Of a stretch of DNA of 64,000 nucleotides, positions 53,100 through 64,000 are shown one piece after another (positions within the stretch are counted from its first letter, which is position 1; every line of letters starts with the position of its first letter). The DNA comes from the human T2T-CHM13v2.0 reference genome, Homo sapiens. The DNA is taken from NCBI RefSeq assembly GCF_009914755.1, contig NC_060930.1; one strand, written 5' to 3'. Under the pieces are notes generated by a model. That model was not told the origin of the DNA. It saw only the letters and a list, made by a program, of their open reading frames with translations, and ran no database searches. The position numbers and the translations under genes are program-made.

Positions 53100-53300
53100 C
53101 AGGCCCTAATTGAGAGCAGAGGGTGGAAGGAGGGACAGAATCAGAAAAAAAATACCTGTTGCGTACTATGCTTATTAGCTAGGTGATGAAATAATCTGTA
53201 CACCAAACCCCCGTGACACTTGGTTTACCTACATAACAAACCTGCACATGTACCCTTAAACCTAAAAGTTATAACTTTAAAAATGCAAAATAAATTGCAA
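53100..53300 (+). mobile_element. Short L1PA15/16-like 3' end nested in L1PB
   Basis: ggtgatgaaataatctgtacaccaaacccccgtgacac...aacctgcacatgtaccc. The host ORF2 resumes at aaaagtcaaaaaataac. Confidence 0.8.
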
Positions 53301-53990
53301 AAACAAAAGTCAAAAAATAACACACGTTGTGAGGTTGTGGAAAAAAGGGAATGTTTATACGCTGTTGGTGGGAATGTAAATTAGTTCAGCAACTTTGGAA
53401 AGCAGTTGGGAGATTTCTCAAAGGACTAAAAATAGAACTATAATTGAAACCAGTAATCCCATTACTGGGTAGATAACAAAAGGAAAATAAATCCTTCTAT
53501 CGAAATGACATATGTACTTGTATGTTCATTGCAGGACTATTCACAATAGCAAAGACATGGAATCAACCTAGGTGTCTATCAATGGTGGATTGGGTAAAGA
53601 AAATGTAGTACATATAACCCCTGGAAAACAATGCAGCCATAAAAAAGAATGAAATCATGTCCTCTGCAGCAACATGGATGGAGCTGGAAGCCATTATCCT
53701 AAGCAAACTAATACCAAAACAGAAAACCATAAACCACTTATTCTCACATATAAGTGGGAGCTGAACATTGAGTATGCATAGACATAAAGATGGGAACAAC
53801 AGACACTGAGCACTGTAAGAGAAGAGAAGGAGGGAGGAGAGCAAGGGTTGAAAAACTACCTATTGGGTACTATACTTACTACCCGAGTGATGGTTCAGAT
53901 GTACCCCAAACCATAGCATCAACACAATATACCCCTGTAATAAACCTGCACATGTGCACCTGAATCTAAAATAAAAGGTTTTTTTTTTTT

Positions 53991-55014
<1,024 letters not shown>

Positions 55015-55822
55015 TAGGCTATAACCAGAAGTCAGGGATCCAGAAATCCTTCTCGCAGAGGAATGACTGAAAGAATCAGGATGTTTTCACTGGAGAAAGA
55101 CCAAAATGAGCATCAATATCTGTCTTCAAATACCTAAAGGATTATCAGATGGAAGAGACATGTCCTCCACGCAGTTCTGCAGATAGCCCCATCAGGAGCA
55201 AAGGGTGAAGATTACAGGGAATAGATTATAGGGCAACACAAGAAGGGGCTGGTTCATTTTCAGAGCAATAGAAAGGGCTGTCCTGTGAGAACATGAGCTG
55301 CCTCAAGGTGTGCAAGCAACTCTGCCTACTATAGGAGAGAGTATTAGCTTTAAAAGCTTTGTTGTACAATTCTAGAGTATATGACATGCGTAATCTAACG
55401 ATATTGTCATTCAGTGCCTTATCTGTGGTAGGTTGCCATACTTCCCAAAATTTATTCATTCAACAAGTGTCAAGCATTCATATCATAACAAGAGTATTTT
55501 CAAACATGAATAAGGCATAGTCCTAGCCCTCAAGCACCTCACAGTCCAGTCAGGGAGGCAGATTTGTAACACATTATCAGAGTATGTGTAATAAGTACAA
55601 TGGAGGCAAAGACAAACTTCGGTATCAACCCAGAGGAAGAACACCAGGAGTGGCATTCCCTTTGGACCAAAAGGAAGAAGGACAGGATACCGTCCTTCTC
55701 CTGCTGGACCCAAGGTCCTCATAGAAACACACTTCCTTCTGGCACCATCATCTTATTTTCCATCAAAGGTGGACCACCTAGATCAGAGCCTCTTCTCATT
55801 TTACTTTATATATCTGATTCAC

Positions 55823-56260
55823 TCTGTGATAGGCACAAACTGGGATAGTTGACCGGCTCAAAGCCAATTCACTTTCTTCTGGTAACAAGCACTGCCCCTG
55901 TAACACCGAGGCAGGCATGTGACCCAGCTAATTAGGAATGATTTCCCTGCCACATTAGGTCCAGGAGTGGGCACATGATATTAAGCTGGATCAGTCAGAA
56001 TCCTTTCCTGTGATTTTTTTCAATCTAAAGCTAAAAGGGAAAGTTCTCTTTACTCTCATGTTCCCAGGCTAAAAGGAAATAATCCAGGAGCTGCCTACAG
56101 CTATGTTCCTCTCAAATGAGGGAAGTTTATATAAATAAAGAAGAATGAAGCCAAGGGTCTAGAAGAATTAGAGCTGGATAATGCAAAAAGAATTTTGTGG
56201 GTGTCTGTGTCCCTCATTCGAGTTTTTGAGGTCTCTGGCTTTGATCTGGTTTTTGACACT
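55823..56260 (+). mobile_element. Old MLT1 (J/K-like) LTR remnant
   Basis: ggcatgtgacccag...gggcacatga...agtcagaatcctt...gaatgaagccaa. Confidence 0.45.
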
Positions 56261-58283
56261 CTTTCTTCAATTCTGTAAATTATCTTTTTCAATATTGAAA
56301 ATCACTTGGAAGAAAACATACATATAATAATATCATTCTGTAAAACAAAACTTGGAAAATATCACACCAATCCAAGCTGGTGTGAGATGTACAAAGATAA
56401 AAGAAATTATATGTTTCCATTTGCTCAACTAAGAGCCAACAAGGAGGCAGGCAATGTAATATAGTTAAAATATATATTAAACTCACATCTAGCATTATCT
56501 GTAAGGTTAAAAGTAAATATATTTTGAACACTGAGATTAACCAATTAGAAAATCATAAACAACTAGTGTAGCTACTGACTCTACAATAGGTACCAGCTGA
56601 AAATCAGCCCTGATTATTTGTTAGATTAGTTTAATTTACCCTAAAAATTAATTATCATCCTTGAATCCTCGGTGGCTTTAAAGAGGTGCATCAGAAAGGA
56701 AGAAGAGGCTGGAGTATTAATTGAACACTGAGTTTATTCCAGTTTTTCTGATTACAAGCATCATGCAATTTATCTCCTGCTAACTGAACTGCAGAGTTTT
56801 TCCATGGTGTTTTTAACCTAAAATTGAAATTGGTAGACTATTACAAAACATTTGGTCAACAAGGTAAGAATAGGTCTATTCAGCCATATTGCTTTTCAAA
56901 GCTGTTTCCACCAGTTAATTTACTTTATGGGCCTAGGTGGTAGAAAATCATTAATGTTATTATTTTGATTACTAGGCATTTTAGAATACATGATTTACAG
57001 ACTAGGGGACTAGTCAATTTCAAAATCAAAGTAATACAAAAGGGCTAATCAGTGCTCTGTCATCACAGACTGGATCAATAGTACACATTTAATAGCATCA
57101 CGCTGTGGTCAGAAACAAGAGGTAGCACACACAGAGAAGTAACAGATAAAGCTGGGTAAGACAGCAAATCAATCCCTTAGATGGCTGAGAGTTTAGGCTA
57201 TCGTAACACTTCTGCTGCCCAAAAGCAGTGGGGCAACTGCGTTTCAATTAAAAGAATGGGAAGAAAATTGAGTATTATAACAAGATAATGGGCTCCTGGC
57301 TTGTGCACAACTATTTGTGTAAAGTCAGAATGTCTGTTCACAAAGTGTCTGATACTGATATCAAGGCAATCAGGAACAATGGAAGTAATTTGTGCAGGCT
57401 TCCTCGGGTAAAGTCATTTTTTGTTGGTTGTAGGATTCAAGAATTTGTCATTCCCTGCAGTAGAATACAGGCGGAAGTTTTACCTTTGGCTTATAAAGCC
57501 CATGACCTTCAGCCACCTGGGGTTAGATATAGAGCTTCATTACAGCTATGCACAGTGTACTATTAACCTAGGTAAACATGTAAAGGAAAAACAATGGCCT
57601 TTGTGTTTTACTCTGTAGTTCTCTACAGGCATTTTCAAAACTGTGACCAAAAAAGCTAGAAAGAATGGTGAGTTTTACACTTTTACATTGCTGCATTTTC
57701 TACGTGGAGCCTCCAGGAGCACAGGACATTTTACACAAATATATTTCACATAATCACGCACTCCTAAAACATGACTATGTTTCAATATTAGGTCTCTTTT
57801 GCATGCCACAGTAAAAGGTCCAATCACTCGTTTTCCTAGTATTGTTACAGGAAGGTTTTAACAAAGAATTAAAAATTAAAATATTTGAAGAGAAAATAAG
57901 CAGTGACTCATTTTTTAAATACATATATCCTCTAGAATTTTAAGATCATTTCTAAAGTATTCTCCAACTACACAAAACTCTAGGTTGAAAAAAACCACTA
58001 TTTTTCCATATTCATGAAAAGTTTACTAGAGAGAATATTCTAATGGCTTTTGGCAGTGTTTTAAAAGACTCACAAAGCATTTAGAGAGTAATCTCAAAAG
58101 ATCTTATTTAGATAAGCCACCTTCCCCAAAGTCCTTCAAACCTGTGATGGTTTACTGTATGTCTTTCCATATTTTAATTGTTTATCCCTAAAGACAGTAG
58201 AATATATGAATAGAATATATGAGTGTACTTCATATTTTACTGGCTTTTCAAATGGAAAATACAATATTCTCAAAAAGAAATCA

Positions 58284-58572
58284 GGCCAGGTGTCGTGGCT
58301 CATGCCTATAATTCCAGCACTTTGGGAGGCTGAGGTGGAAGGATCACTTGAGCCCAGGAATTTGAGACCAGCCTGGGCAACATAGCAAGACCCCATCTCT
58401 ACCAATTTTTTTTAAAACATTAGCCTGCTGTGGTGGTGCATGCCTGTAGTCCCAGCTACCTAGGAGGCAGAGGCAGGAGAATCACTTGAGCCAGGAAGTT
58501 GAGGCTGTCATGAGCTATGATTGCACCACTGCACTCCAGCCTAGGTGACAGAGTAAGACCCTCTCTCAAAAA
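58284..58572 (+). mobile_element. AluJ SINE
   Basis: ggatcacttgagcccagg, gggcaacatagcaagacccc, gagctatgatt. Confidence 0.92.
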
Positions 58573-58629
58573 GTAGTCATAATAAATCATCTAAATAATA
58601 AACAATTAATTTACTATTATTTAGTGGCA

Positions 58630-59060
58630 CCTGCATTATCTAAGAAGTAAAATCCAATCTCCCTAGACAGGTCATCAGGGCCCTTTGAGCTCTGTGTTTG
58701 GCCCCCTTTGATAGCCTCGTGTTATTTCAGCCCATCGCCTGCACTGACTGGCCAGCCCTCCACTCACCACGCCTGCTCATGCCTCCAGCCTAGGTGCATG
58801 TAGGTTCCCTGCCTGAAACATCTTCCCTCTGTCTACCTGGAGAAGGTTTATTTCAGCATTCACTCCACTGGCACCTTCGCTGTGAAGTCTTCCCCCCACC
58901 TCTCCGTGTCCTCCCACTCCACCCACCGCCAGCCTCTGTGAGAGTATTTACCACAGCACAGATGCCCATATCTAATTCTTCACAGGAGACTGAGCTTGCC
59001 GAGGACAGACTGTCACAGAGCACAGGTATAGGCAGGTAGTCAATAAATGCTGAATGAAGA
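58630..59060 (+). mobile_element. L2 fragment
   Basis: ctcatgcctcc...gtgaagtcttccc...ataggcaggtagtcaataaatgctgaatga. Confidence 0.65.
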
Positions 59061-59073
59061 CAGGAAGAAAGAT

Positions 59074-59380
<307 letters not shown>

Positions 59381-59744
59381 ACACAAACAAAGGAAAAAAG
59401 GAAGGAATATATCCCCCTGAGAAGGCACTGGAGACTGCCAGTCAAGACAGCTTGGGAGTCCACCCTCTGAGGTATTTCATCTGTCCAAACACACCAGTGA
59501 GACACAAAACAGAAGAGAAAAATTTAAAGGACACTGCCAGACTCAAACAAGCTAAACCTGTCAGTAATCTAAAGCAGAACAGAGAAACAAAATGGTGATC
59601 AGAGCTGAAACCCTGGGCTTACAAACATGTTGTCTGGAAAAGGCAAAGATGCAGGAAACCCCTGACCTGCAGATAACAGAGTCTTACTCTCACATGGGAT
59701 GGATGCCAAAGTCAGGCTGGACATGAGGTTGCACACCTCTGGAC

Positions 59745-59955
59745 AGTCAGACAGAGCACATTTAATCCAGGCTCTGCCACCTGCTAGCCATGTGATTCTG
59801 GGTAAAGTACCACATCTGTCTGTGCCTCATGTGGAAGATGAGGCTAAAAGAGTCTTACCTCATGGGGTCATTAGGACTCAATGATTTAATGTGTTTAAAA
59901 TGCTCGGAATAACACCTGCCATCTTATGAGTGTTAGCTATTGTTATTATTATTAT
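59745..59955 (+). mobile_element. MIR
   Basis: ggctctgccacctgctagccatgtga...tctgtgcctca...gttagctattgttattatt. Confidence 0.8.
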
Positions 59956-61306
59956 GGCTCTCATTTTTAATAGAATAACAAAACCCCTCTTACCTATTGC
60001 TTCAGGATGGCAGCTTATATGGAGCTGAGAGGCTAGTTTGGAAGGAAGGCCCAGACATGACCTGTGCTTACAAGTTGAATTAAATTGTCCCTGGCTACAT
60101 GGCTGATTGTGCCAACCTTTGGAAATCCTATAGGGCAGGATCCCCATACTCTGAGCTAAGTGTGGTTCTGGCCTTCAGGATCAGACAAGCAAACAGAGGC
60201 AACCCCAAACCACAGGAATGGGAATGGGGGTTGAGTGAACAGGGAAGAGAGATAGGGAGAGAGATGAACAAACATGAGGGTCTACAGATAAAACACATTA
60301 TGTCTCTTTACCATCTGATCTGCTTCACGATTTTGGTTAATATTTCCTGCTAGTCCCAATGCCTGTTTTTCATTTCAGAATTTAAATCTTCAATGCACAT
60401 TAATAAGGTTTATTAAGTAGCATCCAGCTAAAGACTACTCACCTCCTAACCAACATACACACTACCACCCAAAAGATCTCTAAACAGACAAGCAGTTTCT
60501 GTGTTAGAAGCAAACAGTTGCCATGAACAGAAAATTCTCAATCTAGAAGGTAAAATCCAGAAGACTTCAAAATAAATAGACTATGCAGCGACTCATACTT
60601 AAAAATCTACTTCTAAAGGAAAGTTAAGAAATAGTGACCTTCCGGGTTTGCTTCTAACAGTTCAAATGAAAATAGGACTATAAAACGATATGGAACCAAG
60701 AAGCCTAATCAAAAGATTTTTCTTCAAAAAAGTATGTGATTCATTTCAAAATACATCAGGGATGGTGGGAAAAGGACAGAAAACGTACCCACTGCAAAAT
60801 TACCTGAGATGGGTAGAAATCACCCTGACCTTTCAACCACAAGGGAAGCTCACACAGCTGCCTCTGGGGCCTAAGACTCTCCTTCATTTGATCTGGCTGG
60901 GTAAATGTCACGGTGTTCAGTGAGAAAAACAAATTCTGCATCTGGAAGGCAAGGGAAGAACTGCCCTTGGGCAAGAACATGCAGTTGGTCTCCACCACCT
61001 CCCAGACCTGCTCTCTGTGCTTTCTCCTACTTTTCCTCTCCATTCCCCACCTTAAAGGCCACTGCCCTTTGTCTCCCTCCCCTAGAGCTTGTCAGCTCCC
61101 CCGGGGTGCCCAAGCCTGACTTTCCCTGGCAGTGGTCTGTGTTCCACAACATTCTTTCCTCCACGTGAAAACTCTGACAAAATTTCTCAATGCAAATCTT
61201 ATGTAGCTGAAATGTAAAGTAGCATAATGGATTGAGGTGACACAGACCCTCTCCTGCTACAAATACCCAGAAATGCAAACAAAATGTGAACTCAAGATTT
61301 TTATGT

Positions 61307-61595
<289 letters not shown>

Positions 61596-61999
61596 TTATT
61601 CATAGCTGAGCTCAAAAGAAAGGGCAATCTCAGTGCTTCAAGAGGAAATGGACAGAAACTTAGGTTCGAGCGGCTGGGAGCTAGGATTTTAAGGTCCACA
61701 AGTGGAGTGTTGGAACCCAGATCCCAGCATAAAACCGGGACCATTCCAGGGGTTCCAAATGCCTGAAAAATGCCAGCTGTCCACTAGACCAGAAAGTAGA
61801 AAGAAAGCTTGGCATCTCTCTGGAGTCTTTGAGAAATCAAAACTTCAACCATGTACTGTGAGAAAGGCTGTAAGATCTGTTTATACTAGTCAAGTGGTCA
61901 AGAAAACTCCAGCCAAGACATTAACCATAAAACTGGTCCCAAGCCAGAAAGTTCCCATGGCCTCACCTGAAGCAAATGAAAAATACTCTGAAGGGATGT

Positions 62000-62600
62000 T
62001 ACCTTACCCTAGACACACAAGACTGTCTTAGCAAAACAAACAAGACTTTCAGTTGAAGATTAGATTTACATATGATGTGCAGACACAACAAAGAGAATTA
62101 GCATTTAGAGAACAGTAGAAAGAACAATTTTAAAAGAGATTACTAAAAAGTGCATCAAAATGATTAGAGAGATCAAAGACAACAGAAACAATACTGAAAG
62201 AAAACAACAGTATAAACAAAAACTGGCAAATTTGAAAAAGGGTCAACTAGAACTACTAGAAATGAAAAATATTGTCATTGAAATTAAAAATTCAATGGAA
62301 GGACTAAATACCAAATGGACAGATTAAATAGCTAATCCCAGCTGTAGAGAATATTATTAGTGATCTGAGAGGATAGATTTTTTATTTATTTTTATTTTTA
62401 TTTATTTATTTTTTTGAGACAGAGCCTCACTCTGTTGCCCAGGCTGGAGTGCACTGGCACACTGCAACCTCCACCTCCTGGGTTCAAGGGATTACAGGTA
62501 TAAGCCACCGCGCCCGGCCTGGAGGATACATTTAAGAAAATCACCAAAAGGCAACAGACAAAAGAGATAAAAACAAACAAACAAATAAACATGAGAGATC
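62000..62600 (+). mobile_element. Old L1/HAL1 ORF1-like fragment interrupted by an Alu
   Basis: ctagaaatgaaaaatattgtcattgaaattaaaaattcaatggaagg...attagtgatctg. Confidence 0.6.
62378..62519 (-). mobile_element. Internally deleted Alu retaining both ends
   Basis: Right-arm 3' part fused at ttcaag|ggattacagg to the Alu 5' end. TSD gaggata(g/c)attt at 62369-62380 and 62522-62533. Confidence 0.88.
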
Positions 62601-62852
62601 AAATCCCATCAAGCCGAATTCTGCAAGCTGAATATTTTTCCATAAGATAGGTATAAATCATGAAATGATATACTATGTTTACTCTTCAAGGGTTATTTTT
62701 ATTTTTAAAAAATGTCTATTATTCCAAATGACTAGATCTTTAGTGGTAAAATTTTAGAGAAAATAAAATAAATTCCCCAATCCATTTAAATTGTACGCCA
62801 TCTTAGATGGTATTCACTTAATGAACCTCATTGTAAGATCTGTTTTAGATAA

Positions 62853-63176
<324 letters not shown>

Positions 63177-63561
63177 TGATAATGACATGTCTTAACTTGG
63201 TAAATGGGAAAGACAGAGGGTTGTTGTTTTAATTAACTCTTGTGTTTCTAATATCCACATACGAGCTTCCTCTTGTTTTGCTTCATGAAGCATATATAAC
63301 TAAGTAAAGAAGAACTGTTGTGAAATGAGTCCCATTTTCTCACTACTTTTCATTGTAAAATCAGAAGTATATACCCACAGAAAAAGGTAACCCCAAAAGA
63401 GATGAAAACATCCTGTAAAGCAGTTTGCTAAGACTCAGGCTGGTCTTAACATATATAAAGGGAGACAACTACTGCTATGTTTTGAGGAATCCCCAAAGAC
63501 CACATGAAAATATCTCCAGCCAGTACCCACCACTTGGAATTCCAGTAAAGTTATCCAATCA

Positions 63562-63692
63562 AAGGACTGCTTGAGCCCAGGAGTTTGAGGCTGCAGTGTA
63601 GCGGTTAAGGTAGTTTGATTTAAGCATCTGGGGACTGAGCTATGATCATGCTACTGCACTTCAGCCTCAGTGATAGAGCAAGACCTTGTTTT
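63562..63692 (+). mobile_element. AluJ/FRAM right-arm fragment with a 39-bp internal insert
   Basis: ttgagcccaggagtttgaggctgcagtg-[insert]-agctatgatcatgctactgcac. Confidence 0.8.
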
Positions 63693-64000
63693 CTTGGATA
63701 TATATATACATATTTAACTATTTATATATATATATATAAAATCACAGCAAATACCCATAACTTGGGGGAAGAATTAATTAAAAGACATTATTATTTGGAA
63801 CTTAGTGCAACTGAACTTACTGTAGGCTTTTCAACATGTAATTGTATTGGGAGGGTAAGGAACAAGAAATGGTTTGAGGGCCCTAGTCATCTAGAGATGG
63901 AGTACACTGAAGATAGGGTAGGCTAAGAAGGGAAGAACATATTGAGAATAAGAAATACTCCAAACAAACTTTCTGAATAAAACACCATTCAGTCACTCAC

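Larger units (their letters stand above)
51279..53977 (+). mobile_element. 5'-truncated, internally deleted L1PB-like LINE (ORF2 3' half plus 3' UTR)
   Basis: ORF2-like fragments ([27 protein letters not shown]). 3' UTR aaaactacctattgggtactat...ctgaatctaaaataaaag. Confidence 0.88.

Overview
Primate (almost certainly human) genomic DNA, AT-rich and CpG-poor, lying entirely inside the DCDC2 gene on the minus strand. The only supported coding sequence is one 101-nt internal exon (20837-20937, minus strand, DEGIFKAGAERSETRGAAEVQEDEDTQVEVPVDQ). I recognise it from memory as DCDC2 residues ~308-341, coding exon 8. Everything to its left is the downstream intron and everything to its right is the large upstream intron. 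The rest is typical intronic repeat content: a full-length degenerate L1PA7-like element with target-site duplications (TSDs), a near-complete HAL1, a truncated L1PB carrying nested Alu and L1 insertions, 12 Alus or Alu fragments, MaLR/ERVL solo LTRs, hAT DNA transposons, L2/L3/MIR relics and simple repeats including a ~600-bp polypurine tract. I found no evidence for a genuinely new biological system. The best leads are regulatory: an in-frame 5' extension of the exon (DCX-less isoform), an L1 antisense promoter/ORF0 remnant and a THE1 LTR both co-oriented with DCDC2, intronic RFX X-box-like motifs, and the G-rich tract. Repeat subfamily calls and boundaries are by eye from remembered consensus sequences and need RepeatMasker/Dfam confirmation.
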